The notes below the pieces were generated by a model that was not told where the DNA came from, made no database searches, and worked only from the letters and a program-made list of their open reading frames with translations. The position numbers and the translations under genes are program-made. A stretch of DNA of 63,655 nucleotides, the filler included, from Hyphochytrium catenoides (Eukaryota > Protista > Hyphochytriomycota), in the NCBI GenBank assembly GCA_900088475.1. It is 10 parts of 10 records of this genome, joined end to end, with 100 filler letters (N's around TTAATTAATTAA, not from the genome) between each part and the next. Parts side by side here need not be neighbours in the genome. Positions count along the whole stretch, not along the records: positions 1 to 13,547 come from FLMG01004360.1; 9 more parts are not named here. One strand, written 5' to 3'. Position 1 is the stretch's first letter. Every line of letters starts with the position of its first letter. This document shows positions 1 through 13,647 of this stretch, piece after piece.

Positions 1-199
1 ACTCATTCCCGGTAAACCGTGTCCTACTGGATAACGACAGAAGGCAGTCCACTCAATGCTGCGGTGCCTGCCTTGGTATAGCGGCTACCAGTCTCTCTCA
101 CCATAGTACGGTAAAGGTATGACCTACGACGACTGCTAGACATAAAGAAAAGGCTAGCGCAAGTTTATAAAACCTTGACAAGGCGCAGGAGGAGAGAAG

Positions 200-2750
200 A
201 GAGACGGGTCCTCTTCCTCCTCCTCTCCTCGTTTTCCTCGCGACAATGTAACGGACGGCGCAGCAGAGAGTTATTGACTGTTTATTACTGAATGTAGCTG
301 TTGTGTGCACGGTGACTTCTATCGTGACAGCCTCTCGTTCAACGCCATGCAGCAGACATGCTCTACTACCATAAGATAGAGTGATAGTCCGCAGAAGGAC
401 CGACCAGACTGTCTTCGTCGTAAGACTAACAAGTAAGGCAGGGGAAGAGGACGGTACCGTCTTGGCATCTTTCTTCAGAGAGCCGTTACTTCGAGCTGAG
501 AGCAGCGTCACTACTTCGAGTTGGGGAGCGCTGGGCCCTACCTCCTCTTCGTTTGGCGTGCTACCAAGAGGCGGAAAGCACACAGACAGCTCAACTGCTA
601 TGATGATATTGAGGTGAGAAGCTGGCAGATCCTCTTCCGTCGTAGAAAGTGCTCGAAGAAGTATGATGACCAGCAAGGGTGTAGACGAGCCAAGGCTGCC
701 ACGAAAATCTTCACACAGCAGTCTAACAGGAGGCCAAGGAAGAGCAAACGGACGGAGCACGAGGATAAATTCCCCCTTTTGAACGCATTGGCTAGCATTG
801 GACAGAAGGACTCTTCACTGATCATTCCCCACATCCCTCATCATTGGATCCTAGGCACTATTAGTACCTTCATCGCCCGTCCTCTCACGTTACATGGAGA
901 GATCTCTTGATACATTCGGTGGTAGTACTACTGAACTCTGTCTCTCATGCGCGCTAACTTTAGCTCCCAGCAAGAACAACTGATACTCCTAGCCAGGCAC
1001 TATATAGAGCTCTTGGTCTCGATCGAGGAGTCAGCAGGCAGAGCCTGTCCCCTCCTTGCACTATCATATGTATAGTATAGACCATGATGATCATCATGGC
1101 GCTCATCAAAGCAGCGCCCTAAGAAGGGAGCGTTATTTACTTCGTTCATCGCCTCCGTGGAGATTCGCCTCCGTGGATTCTAGGCTTTACCTTGTGTTCT
1201 TCTCATCATGAGATCCGACAGAAAACTTTCATTTCTCCTCTGACTTGCGCTCTGATCTTGCCTCGGCCCATCTCTCTCCATCTAGCTTGCACTCTCAACC
1301 ACCATCATATAGTAGTCTCCGTATGACCCATCAATGATCTAATAGACTCTGCCCTACAAACCTGTTTGTGACTCAAGTCAACATATACTTCCTCTACATG
1401 GCGTCACCACTATCCTCCTCAACCCATTCCTGACACTCTGCGGATCATCTAGCTCCGTCTAGAGGACGAAAGAAAGGCTACTAAAGGTCTCGTGGTTGAT
1501 GACAGCCGATTGTGAATATGCTGCAGTGTACCTAGGAATAGGACGGCTAACGTGATGGGACTTGACTACTGCGCATCTTAACCATCTGAAGAATGGACTA
1601 TCCACCACTACTTTCAGCCGCCCTGTGGAAATCTGCTGGCAGCATGAGTGGTCGCTCTCATGCGGCTCTTGTTATGGATTTATGGATTCAGCAGGTTGTC
1701 TGTCGGTTCCTAGTAGCAAACGGCGTCATTGCGCACTGCTTAGAGAGCGACAGAGGCTGTGGTGTGACCAGCGCCACCCTCTAACCTTCGGGCAGGAAGA
1801 CGTAGTATCCCACGAACGTGTCTACTTCTTCTTCTAGCGGCTAGTGGTATGTTCAATGACTCTTGTTTTCTGTGGGTCAGTTCAGTTCAGCTGTACCTTA
1901 ACTTCCGTTGGCGCTTTCCCGGGGTCCTTAGCAGGCAACAGAAGCTGAGACTGACCGAGCCTTCTTCAAGGGTGAGCGAGGTCAGCGCCATCATCCTCTA
2001 GCTGCGGCAGGAAAAACCCTCAATAATAGGCATAACTTACCTGTCTCATGACATACCGCTCCTCAGGCGTCTGCGGTCTAGGTCTCGGCAACATCACCGG
2101 CGATATAATAAGTGGTGATAGGGTAGACTATAGTCCTAGGTAGTTAAGAAGAAGAGATGTTAAGGATGAGAAATGCATGGCCTCGAGCCCCCTGCGTACC
2201 TTTGAACATGAGTGAGGAGCGAGGCAATGGCCTCTGATGGACTCCTATCAGCACTCTCGTTCAGTCTTCTTAGAGTCACACCACGCACAACAAGAAGACA
2301 CTGGCGTGTCTTGGACTGCAGTCAAACGACCTCCGATCTGACTACGACCTTCTACGAAAGTGTTGATAGCTTGTCCTACCTGGAGTCAGGACCGCTGCCG
2401 CCGCGACTAACCACAAGAGACTATTACGCTCCTTCTTCAGGTCTCCCTCCTCCTTTCTGCTGTCTATTTATCGCTAGGGTCCTGTAGGGCCGTCAACCGC
2501 TGTGCGAAGGTTCACGGCCACCTGTGCAATGCCAAGCAACGTAGCTGATGTTTATTGGCAACCTTGCTTCTCTTCTTGCTGACACTTGGCAAGAACTCCT
2601 CCCGTTTTCTGCGGAGCAATCAGCTCTGAAGCTATGGCGGTGGTGCGCACAAAGCCGTCTTCCCATTACCGCTTTGAACCGCTCTTCGCCATGGATACGC
2701 TGTGTATCCATCCCCACCGAGTAAGCAATGCTCCTAAGGAATTACTGTCT
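200..2750 (+). mobile_element. Heavily decayed DIRS-like (tyrosine-recombinase) retrotransposon relic: RT - RNase H - adenine methyltransferase-like domain
   Basis: Frameshifted motifs occur in DIRS order. RT: SPRF..TDG..QRVIDCLLLN (~220-295), RYRLGIF..RYFELRA..LGSAGPYLLF (~450-550; cf. LPFGLxSAPxxF), CYDDI (596-610; cf. YxDD), KDSSLIIP..ILG (~806-856). RNase H: HLNHLK and LWCDQRH (~1574-1776). MT-like: VDSLSY and PPPF..FIARVL (~2362-2484). Many stops and indels. Confidence 0.55.
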
Positions 2751-3183
2751 GCAGCCGGAGCTCCTGCTGACAGCGAACGAGGGTCAGAAAGGCAAAGCTC
2801 GCTGTGCTAACTACCGTGTGGCAGTACGTAGAGAGGAGGACAAAGCCGGGAGGAGGACAACAAGACAACATGCCGCTGACTACTGACGAAGAGAAGAAGG
2901 ACGAAAGGAAAAATGATGTCCAAGTACGGAGGAACAAACAAGGTCTCCCTGACGAGAGAAGAAGGGCAGACAGGAGCGAGGGCAACTTGCAAAGCTTGCA
3001 GGCACGGGATGAACCTGGTGCATTGATTAAAACCTTAAGAATCCATTGATATTCTTTGTCCAGCTTTTCTTCCCCATCATTTCCTACTCGTGCTGCTCTC
3101 TCTCTCTCCCTCTCTCTCCCTTTCTCTCCCTCTCTCTCTCTCTCTCTCGAGCAAATTGTTCTCCTTCTTCTCTCTCTTCTCCT

Positions 3184-4755
3184 CTATCCGGTGCCCTTTG
3201 ATTTATTAGTAGACTGAGAGTGATCGGACGCGTGCACCTTCTTCTCTCCTCCCGCGTTCCTATTCTTAGTGTTGCTCCTGTTGAACCGCATCACATGCGC
3301 CACGAGGAGCACCTTATTCTCCTCTGCAGACAGAGTCTGTCGAGTCTTCGCATAAGCATAATAATAGAGCACCATGACGATGAGCAAGACAAAGAAGATG
3401 AGCGCGTCAGAGCCTCCGCGTCCTTGAAAGCCCAGCGCTCCGATCAAGGAGATGACCCAGATGAGAAGGCTAAAGACCGCGCCAGGTATGCCAAAAGGAC
3501 TGTTAAACGCCCCTCCACTGTTTGACTTAAAGTAGAACTTCTTCATGGCAATGTAGCCCACCATCCGGCCAATGTAAGCTCCGAAGGCGCTCATGATGCA
3601 GACGTTGAAGAGATGATCCTCCACCGCAGGGATGAACATGACCAGCAAGCACATTAAATAGCTAAGAACCGTCCCAGCGATCAGCCCGTAAGCGGGCGTG
3701 TTATACCTGGACATCTCCCCGAGCTTGCGCGGCAATAGCTGTGAGTTGGCCATTGCAAAGATCAGCTTGCCATAGCACCAGATGAAGCCAAAGGCCGTGG
3801 CGTACGCTGCTGGGAGTGAGATTATCGTCGCTTGGCGGCTGCTTATGTCAAACATACGCATGTAGCCGTTGTTGAAAGGGAGCAGAAGCTTGGTAACAGA
3901 CACCCTGTTGCCCTCATCGTCAAACTCTTCTGCTAACGGCAGTGAGACCGTGACGAAGTACGTCATGATCCCCGTCACAAAGAGAGTCAGCACACAGACC
4001 GCCTGGGCGATGGGAACAACCTTCTTAGGCTGACCAACTTGGTCACAAACCATGGGCAGAGCCTCAACGCCGACATAGAACCACGGAGCAATAGGAAGGG
4101 CCTTCATAAAGCCCGCAAAGCCGTCATTGAACTCGCCTAACGCATGTGTTGGTACGTTCTCTGCATAGTCGACGAAGGGCAAGGATCCGAAGCAGTAGAG
4201 GATGAGAAGGAGAAGAGAGGGAACGCCGATGATCCAGTTAAAGTACCAGAAGGTCCTGCCGCCCAGGATGTGGATAGGCAGAGCGCTGAGATAGAAGAGC
4301 AGTCAGAGCAATGGCTCATAACCTTCTAGACCAGGTGCGGCCATGACTATCATGCGAACGAAGGACACGACTGAGGACGCGACGTAGGCGATATACTCTA
4401 GCGCCTCAGCGCCTCCAATCAGGAAAGCTGGTAGAAACCCTAGCGTACATCTGCAGAGACCATAGGAGCCTCCAGCAAACGGAAGATTGCCACTGAGCTC
4501 GGCCGTGCAGAAGCAAAGAATGATATAGCCAGCCGACGTGAGGAAGAAACAGAGAAGATAGCTATAGACACCCGCGGCCAGGCCTGCATTCCAACTGAAG
4601 TATTGGCCGCCGATGACGATGGTGAGACCTAGCATCCAAATATCAGCGCGGCCCGGGCTATAGCCATTCTTCTTTGCCTGATCCTGTGACGCCAGCTGAG
4701 GGACCCCTAGCTGCTGAGACTCATTATTCTTGGTGGAGCCTGCAGCGCTGCTCAT
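3184..4755 (-). CDS. APC-superfamily amino-acid (ethanolamine-type) permease, 523 codons, intronless, with one in-frame TGA at 4303-4305
   Basis: ORFs 4303..4755 and 3184..4182 share a frame. The bridge reads YEPLL*LLFYLSALPIHILGGRTFWYFNW. Motifs GGQYFSWNAGL, LPFAGGSY, WFYVGVEALP and FNSPFG, with about 12 hydrophobic segments. Confidence 0.88.
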
Positions 4756-7700
4756 CTTTCCTATCTTCTTTCTTCTCTTCTCTTAGCACCGAGGAGAGAA
4801 GACTTTCTTCTCCGTGTGCGGAGCTGTAAAGCACTTCCTACGCAGATAGGAAGTTCCTGTCTGCTGTGTACAGCCTCGAGAGCAGACCGAACGGAGAAGG
4901 AAGACGGAGCAAGAGAGACACGCCTCTTGTTTGTCTATGACTTCAAGGGACGAAGGAGAGAAAGTGACGACAGACATCCCTAATATAGCCTAAGCATAAT
5001 CATATCAAGGCACAAGATGAGCTGAGAGACCTTGCCCTTCCTTTCAACCTGCTTTGCTGAGGGTGATGATGGAAGATTGTCCCTGGTGCTGCTGCGCTGG
5101 ATAGAACCTAACTCTTTCTTGGGAAGATATTAGCGCCTCGGTTGTGTCCATCCTCGCTCCTTACCTGCTGCTGATGGCTTGTTGATGCCACTACGACGTC
5201 CATCTCCTGCTGTCTATAACGCTATTGATCCTCTCTTCTTCTTCACTGAATGTTCATTGGTGGTGGCACTGCGGTCATCTATAGATAGACGGAACAAGAA
5301 CAAGAGCAATGTGTAACTCCCGGCGACAGCCGGTTTCCTGCAGGTGATATGCATCTCGGTCACTCATTCATCACGGCCATAGCTGCCCTGCAGATAGATC
5401 AAAGCTGGCAGCGAGTCATCAGTGGCAGCAGCAGCAGCAGCAGCAAGATCATCATATCCTATCCATTATCTTCCAGGTCTTATGGCTCTTCACTTGTCCA
5501 GTCATTCCTCTCCGGTCATTGGACAGGTTGGACTGGTTCTCTTCAAGTGCTGTTGCCCTGGTCTGCTTGCTGGTTATCTCACTAGTGATTGCCCAGCAGC
5601 GGAGGAATAACTGACAATGATAATGGTCTACGAAGAAGGAGAGACGACAGCGTCGATGGTGGTGGTGGCAGCAACAAGTTACTCATCATCCTTGGCGGAG
5701 AGAGAAGTAACTACTAAGTTGGGACAGGCGATACCCGAGAAGAATAGTTGGTTGGCCCTTCTCCCCCGCAAACCCTGGCTACTTCTCCTCCTCGCGGCCC
5801 ATCGCCTGTGCTACTAGGAGTCTTCGCATAGTGATGCTGGTGCGGTAAGAAGGTGATCAGGACGGAGAGACACAACTGTAGGCTCGGGCAAGCTAGAGTA
5901 AGCCGGGTTTTTTCTTCCGACTGATGACTCTTCTTCACTGAGTAGAATTAGTTCCATCGTTCTTCCCATTATCTTTCCCGTTTCTCTCATCCTGCGGGGA
6001 GTTCTTGGTGCTGTTCCACCGCACCAGCACGACCGCAAGTAAGAGGCCGAGGAGGTCGCTCTACTGCCTGGGATCCTCCTGAAGAACCTCCTCTCCCTCC
6101 GGCAGGAGGGGTTACTCTTCTTTCTTCTTCCGAATGGATCGCACTCTCCCAAGCAGTATCTTTGGAGGAGAAACTCGCGCTTGTTGCTGATCATGCTTGA
6201 CGTCCATCTTCTCCGTTGCCTTCTGGAGTGGTTACGGGAGAAAGGTAATTGTAGTAGGCTTAGCAGCGACTGAAGTATGATAAGAAGAAGAAGGAGCGAG
6301 GAGAGAGGAAAGAAACAGCTCTCTCTCCCAGGAGGAGAATGCTTTTGTTGGCTCCGCTGCTGCTGGTGCAGCAGATCTCTCTTTCTTTGCTGGTGCACTA
6401 GAAACTGCCGCTACTACCACTTCTCTTGAACAGTAACGGACCAGCCTCCGTGGTTACTTCCTTGAGGTCACAGCGAGCGGGCAGGATCGCCGCCTCCTCC
6501 TCCTTCGCACTCATCAGTTAAAGAACAACCACCACCATCGATGCTTGAGGTCCACTTCCCGGTGGACTGCTCAGGAGATGTTTTGGTAAAGAGGACGAAG
6601 AAGAGGAAGGACAACGAGGAGGAGGAGAAGACGGCCGCTGGTGGAGAAGAGAGAGGGCAACAACGCGGCCGGGTCCTTTGCCTGCGGTCCTAGAAGAGAA
6701 GAAAGAGTCCCCTACTCTTCTCCTAATAATATCACGGTAGTAGGAAATGAGAACAAGGGGAAGTACTGTTTTCTATGACGAACCGCTCCAGTACTACCGT
6801 TACGCAGGATGTACAAGGTCGCTAACGGCCATACAATGCCCTATGAAAACAGTAACGACCACTAAGGAAATGATCTCGGTGGGACGACCGGTTTTTCTAT
6901 AATAAAAACAAATGTGACCGCTAACCTATTGAAAAACGTGTTGACCACTGCCAATGAGCGGCTAACGGCGATAAGGATCGTCCGGGACGGTTTGGAGGAT
7001 GCTCTAAGGAGGATCACTTCGTGTCCAACATCCGCTGGGCTCGTTGCCTTTCCCTCTTCTTATTATACTTCTATTGTGGGAGTATTAACCAAGGCTTGTC
7101 AATCATGCAAGGCTTATTAGGGCTCCCTAGTAGTATCTACTAATAATGAAAGGATGGACTAGTTAGCTACCTGTCCCGGAGTCTGCTGAGGATAGTGCGG
7201 CTGGCCTGGGCCTGGCGGACACTATTATTATCATCACTGCCTACACGGCGTCCTATCTTCTACTCTTCTTGCTTTGCTTAGCATGAGGGATCGACCTCAT
7301 GATCTTCTTCTCCTGGTGATACGTACAAACAGCAAAGCAGCAGCAGCAGCAGCTATATTGAGACTAAGGAACCTTTATTATGGAGCCAGGAAGAATAATC
7401 TTAGGCGAGGGACAATACTTATAACGGCACCACCACGGACAGCAGGTTCGGGCGTGGCATGCAGTCGCTAAGCTACTACTACTACTAGCTTAGGAGGAGC
7501 TCTATATTTGTTGATAGCGTGCGGATCATCCTCCTCCTCTTCTTCGTCTTCTTCCATGTAACTCCTCCTCCTCCTGCTGCAGCGACAGGCTTGTGGCCAG
7601 ACTCGTGATGACGACAGCAGCAACCAGCAGCCCGAAAGACGGAAAGAGGAGAAGATGAGGAGCAACCAACGAAGCAGCAACTGCCGATGATGGTGTCTGC

Positions 7701-8831
7701 AGTCCAGGGATGATGCAAAAAAATAGACACGCAAAGCCCCAGCCGGGCAGCAGCAGCAGTAGTAGTACTCTGCATAAATTAACACGACGAGCTGTTTGTC
7801 TTCGACTCTCGAGAAGAAGCTCCTCCAGCTCGTCTAGCGAGCGACATATAGCTTCTTATTAGCTCTCATCTCGTCGACATGCGAGCAAAAGAAGAATAGC
7901 TTGATAAGCTCGCGGGATCACCATGCACGGCTAAGATAATGGCTCTAAATAAGCAGAACATGGATGATGGTGATGGGCCCATCACTTGCTATCAGTAGCT
8001 GAGGGAGCAATGGTGCGCAGGAGGAAGAGGCGGCAAGATCATCATCAGCGAGTGGTCTTCCATATCATCATAAGCAAAGGCCCTTTGGATGAGCTCCTTC
8101 TCTCGTCTGGAGCAGAGCACCTGACCGGTTAACCTGCTAAGAAGCAAGGAAGTAGGCATGCCAAGCATTGCGATGAGGATCTGAGCCATGACCTGCTGCA
8201 CTGTCTCCTTCCTCTTCTTCTTCGTGAACTCGCTCCAAACAATCTGTTGATCGCCTCCTCAGAGCTGAGTCAGCTTCTCATCATCATGTTGTTGCTGCTA
8301 CTGCCCAATGCCATTCTTCTCTCACTCTTCTCAAGCCCCCATCAGCTTAATTGGCAAGAGGACAGTGAGGTTGCTGCTTCTTCCTCGGGCTTGCTGTTGT
8401 TGCCTCTTGTGATGACGGATGCTTGGACTGTCTCATAGGTTCACATCTCCTTCATGCTGCAGCTCTCTCCCCCGCTCTTCGTCCCAAAGAGTTCGTTCTT
8501 TAACTGCTTCTTGCCGGTCTATTTTTGCTGCTGTTCTCCTTGCAGAGGGAAAGGTCGTCTGTCATCAATCTTCTCATCCTCGGTTGCTACCAAAGTTACA
8601 ATGACTGAGGAGGCATACAGCTCCAACAGGCTCAGAGAAAGAGGGACAGTTTCTCTCTCTCTCTCTCTCTTCTTTCTCGCCACAGGCCTTTCCCCGACCG
8701 CTTTCCCATCCGTTGCCTGCTACCTCATCTCTTTATCCTCCGCCATAGAGTTGAAGGCAGCAATACCACGCAAACAAAGAAAGCAGAGCAGAAATGAAAG
8801 AGAAGAGAAGAGTTATCGCCAAAAAGAATAG

Positions 8832-8869
<38 letters not shown>

Positions 8870-10246
8870 AGCCGCTCCTCTTCTTTTCCTTTTTGGCGTT
8901 GCATACCGTGAGACAGAGTAGAAGAGAACATAAGGACTTCACATCGTTAGATTTATTTCCTATATTATAATCTCACCATGTCGAGAGGATCAACTAGAGA
9001 GAGATGCAGAGAGAAGAAGAAGAAGAAGACGTCCTCCTCTCTTTTGAGACAGGAGGAGAGAGACACAGGAGAAGAGAAAAAGGGAAGAAGAGGTCACCGA
9101 CGAGTCCTCTTTTCTCTTTCTCAAAGAAGAGGAGAAGAGAAAGAAGGGATGACGGGCAGCACGCCCCGACAGAGCCAGAAAGAGAAGAGTGGCTCCTCTC
9201 TCTCTCTCTCTCTCTCTTATGAAAAGATGATTGCTGCCTCTTTCTCTCTCCTACGCTGTTGTTGTCAGAGTGCTAGCTAGAAAGGGCGGGAAGATGATGG
9301 AGACAATGTCACATGCTTCAGCGAGGTTGACTCCTCCCCAAGGTCTAGGACGCGGAGGAAGGTGCTGAGAGCTCCGTCACCAAATAAAAGCACATGCTTC
9401 TCAGCACTGCGGAGGAGAGGGAAAGACAAGGAGACGAAGAAGAAATATATGTAAATAAGAGAGAGAGAGAGAGAGAGAAGAAAAAGAGAGAGAGAACTCG
9501 GTCTCAATACGACTGGCTTCATATTGAAAATCCATTTACCATAACCTNNNNNNNNNNNNNNNNNNNNNNNNNAATTAGAGCTCCACAATGGATGAGCGCG
9601 GGGATGGGGGAAAAGAAAGGCCGATATGGGGCCAGCCCATCAAAAAGGAGAGAGAGAGAAGGGAGAAATGGATAGATAGAGAGAGAGAGAGTCATTGCAG
9701 CATCAGACTTTCGTATGGAGGCATAGAAGTAATTTCTTGCTTGGCATCGCTTCCACTGATCAACAAAGCAAGAACGGGGAGAGGCTCCATTCCTGCAGTA
9801 ATCTCCGAGATGGAGACTAGAGCGTGACGAGCAACGAGAGCGAGAGAGAAAGAAAGAGAGAGAGAGATTTGCCCCCGCCGCTGCCTCTTTCCCGCTGTGC
9901 CTCCGGGAATTAGCGCGGCCGACATGAAGGGCCCGGGAACCCAGAAGAGACTTACCCGCAATCGTTCATGGATCCAACGCTCCTCTCTCTCTTCTCTTTC
10001 TCTCTCCCCGTCTCTCTCTCCGTCTCTCTCTCTCTGATCATCACTATTTACCTGCATGCTCTCTCCTCCACTATCTACCAGTCACGAGGAGGAGGATCAT
10101 GTCACAGTTGAAGAGAGAAAAAGGAACAGAGTAAGAGAGAGAGAGAGAAAGATTCGACCGTGCCATCCTTTTGTCCTCCACTGCTCGCCAAAGGGTCTAA
10201 GTCTCAGATCTATGAGCACCGCACGTCGTAACCATGTCCAGAATCT

Positions 10247-10284
<38 letters not shown>

Positions 10285-10812
10285 TTCTTTCTATCTCTCT
10301 CCGAGTTGTGTCTCTCCCTCCTGCTGTTGTCTGCTAGTGATGATGAGTGGCTGTGACAAGCCCCACCCAAGAGCTGCATCAAGGGTAACTCTGACGCTTT
10401 CTCTCTCTCTTCTCAACCCTTGTCTCTCTCTCTCTCTCTTTCTCTCTTTTACTGCTTGTCTCTCTCCTTATGTCCCATGTTCTCTATCCAGCTTGCTCTT
10501 TATCTGTCTCTCTCTCTCTCTGGCAGCCAACGCTGCCAAGAGCCATGGCTGGGGGAGCCCATCTTGGCAAGTTGCCTGTTATCATCTCTTCATCTGTCAG
10601 AAAGAGAGAGAGAGAGACCACAAGTCTCTGCTTGCCCAAAGCAATCTGCAGAGTCTGTCTCTCTCCCAAGAAAAAAAATCGTGCTCCCACGAGCTTTTGG
10701 CCTTAGAATAATGTTGAGGCACCTTCCGACCGCCGACAATGCTTTGATTAAAGCTCAAGAATAGCGTTCATTCCTACCAATTTCGAGAGATACCATAGCC
10801 TTATTGCCCCAG

Positions 10813-10844
<32 letters not shown>

Positions 10845-11445
10845 AAAAGAAGATTTTGCAGAGACAGTGGGAGAATAGAGGACTGAGAGGAGAAAGCCAT
10901 ACACAGAGAGAAGGAAAGAGAGAGAGAGAGAAGAAAGAGAGAGAGAGAAAGAGAGAGAGAGGAGAAAGAAAGAGAGACAGAGAGAGAGAGAGAGCGAAAG
11001 CGAGAGAGAGAGAGAGAGCGAAAGGGAGAGAGAAAGCAAGAGAGAGAGAGAGACGGATGAAGATTTATGAAGAAAAATGCTGCATTTTTTGGGCTTCATC
11101 GGCTCACCAGGTCAGTAACTTTTGGGCTTTGAACTGCTGTCTGCCTTGTTGAGGCCGCAGCTGTGCATCATCAGGCTCAAAGAGTCCAATAATGTAAGCA
11201 GATGCGACGAGAGAGAGAAAGAGAGAAAGAGAGAGAAATGGAGAAAGAGAGAGAGAAGTTGAGGATGACAACCCTGTCAAACGGTGGCTAACACGAGTCC
11301 AATAACAATTGCTGTCCTATCTTCCTCTCTTCTCTCTCTCTCTCTCTTGTCCAAGTCTCGAACTGCAATGTGCTCGGTGATTTTCTTTAGGCCCTTGGTG
11401 GACGGCCAATAATAAAGAGGACAATCTCTCTTTTGTTTCTATCTT

Positions 11446-11484
<39 letters not shown>

Positions 11485-12599
11485 GCATCGTTCATTGTCA
11501 GCCACACTCTTTATCTCTCTCCCTTTCCTACCCCGCTGGTCACCTTCTGGCCATCACTATCTTCTTCGACTCTTCGATAGGAAGAGAGAAGAGAGAGAGA
11601 GAGACAAAGAGAGAGAGAGAGGGCACCTGCACTTATTTGAGTTTCCTTCTCCATTTCTCGGTCCGTCCTTCTTGAATCCACTGTTGCACTAAGAGCCATC
11701 ATCACAATGGACGCGGGGAGAGAGAGAAGGAAAAACAGAGAGAAAGAGAGAGAGACTGAATACTGAAGAGAAAGCAACAACGAAGACGTAGGAACCACTG
11801 GCGGGAAGAGCCCCACCCAAAAAGGAGAGCGAGAGAGAAAGTGAGGCAAGAGAATCCAGCCCGTGAGTGCTTTGCCAGTCTTTATGGCTGCTGTGTGTCT
11901 CTTCAACAACAGAAACAGAGGGAGAAAGAGAGGGAGAGAGAGAGAGAGACTTGTAAGCGTCTTCCCTTTCCTGTGTGAACTCATCTTCGACATGGAGAAG
12001 AAAATACTTAGCTTCTCTCGCTGCTCCTACTCGCTTCTACCCTTTTAGGCTACTGTCCTAAAGCATAGAAAAGCAGATCCAGCGAGAGGAGTGAGAGAGA
12101 GAGGGAGAGAGAGAGAGAGAGAGAGAGCAAAAATTCCCTTCTGCATTGTATATAAGCATCTTGCTGAGCATAGAAAGTAAAGGCTCTTTTCAAGTGCGAA
12201 GAGGGTCATTCCTTTTCTTAGGGAGAACGTTGTCAGGTTGGAAGAGTGACGAGCTTGAAGAGAAAGAAGAGGAAGAGACTCTCTCTCTCTTCCTCTGTGT
12301 GTCAAATGTCAGAAGAATGAGCCAAGGTGACGTCCATATTGCCCATCGCACCAGCTCAGACGGGACCGGTGGGACATGGCTAGGGTTGGACGTCCAACCT
12401 TTATGTCCATTACCTGCCACACCGCAGGCTGTGCAATCTCTCTCTCTCTCTCTCTTTTCTCTCCTATTTATATATCACTGTCACTGTGGCGCCTTATTAG
12501 TTCCACCTTTGCGTTGATGGGCAAGAGAGCGTCTTATTCCTTGATAAGAAAGAGCTTTTGGCTTGCGATTGTGGCACCTCTCCCTTCCCTGCTCGTCTT

Positions 12600-12634
<35 letters not shown>

Positions 12635-12749
12635 TCTCTCTCTCTTGGTTTCCTTGTTTCTCCATTTTCCCATCTAATGTTAGATGTGATGACCTTTCAT
12701 CGCCTCTGGCTCGGGTCATCATCGCATCAACATCGAGCTCATCTCTTGT

Positions 12750-12793
<44 letters not shown>

Positions 12794-13215
12794 GAAAAAG
12801 GAAGAGTGCGCTACCTATGGCTTGCGTATCTTTTCTAAGGAAGGTAGAAGTTAAAGCTTTGGCTCAGGCTTCTGACTGTGAGAAAGATACTTCTGGTGGT
12901 AACCAAGACAGAGCGATGCGAGATAAATTGGAAACATCGCTTTAGCGGTGTAGATATCCTTCAACAAGCGAGACAGATGGGAAAAGAGATAGATGAAATT
13001 GCGAGAAAGTCTCCCATCCACAGCTAGAAATGGACATTTCTTCAATCTTTGGAGCCACTGAAAAAAATATTACGCTTGAAAGATACTCTTCTAGAAACCT
13101 ACCATAGGCCATACAAACCATAAACGAAATATACCTTTATTTTCAGTGGTTTCTTTCGGCTCGTGACGAGGACGGTTTATCATCAGAAAGACACAGAGAC
13201 AGTGGACTAAATATA

Positions 13216-13280
<65 letters not shown>

Positions 13281-13547
13281 TCTCTCTCTCTCTCTCTCTT
13301 TTCACTGTCGTCCTGCAGAGGAGCTTAGGCATAATCCTATCCTTTTGCACATTTTCGAGAGGGAGACAGATCGGCGTTCCATCGATACAGAGCAAACAAG
13401 TTGCATCTTCTCCATACATTATGATAGTTTCAGACAACAGCTAGGCCGACGAGTGAGAGAGAGTGACGGAGAGACATGAAGCAAGGATACCATAGAGTTA
13501 CTATAGACCCAAGCAGACCCACGCTGACACTCTCTCTCTCTCTCTCC

Positions 13548-13647
13548 NNNNNNNNNNNNNNNNNNNNNNNNNNNNNNNNNNNNNNNNNNNNTTAATTAAT
13601 TAANNNNNNNNNNNNNNNNNNNNNNNNNNNNNNNNNNNNNNNNNNNN
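13548..13647. other. Artificial contig linker (44N-TTAATTAATTAA-44N); also at 29224-29323, 35401-35500, 41243-41342, 45279-45378, 54479-54578, 57475-57574, 59299-59398, 62242-62341
   Basis: Identical 100-nt spacer repeated nine times. TTAATTAATTAA places stops in all six frames. Confidence 0.97.

Noticed and set aside
2493-2717. Minus-strand HSFRA...Y as a tyrosine-recombinase active site
   Set aside because: Lacks the flanking GGA and GxW motifs. The plus strand better continues the DIRS relic.
12851-13045. Possible hAT transposase relic (FLAVDG)
   Set aside because: A single weak motif with no other transposase features or TIRs seen.
13592-13603. Repeated TTAATTAATTAA palindrome as a biological repeat or CRISPR-like unit
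   Set aside because: Always centred in a fixed 100-nt N spacer, so it is an assembly linker.
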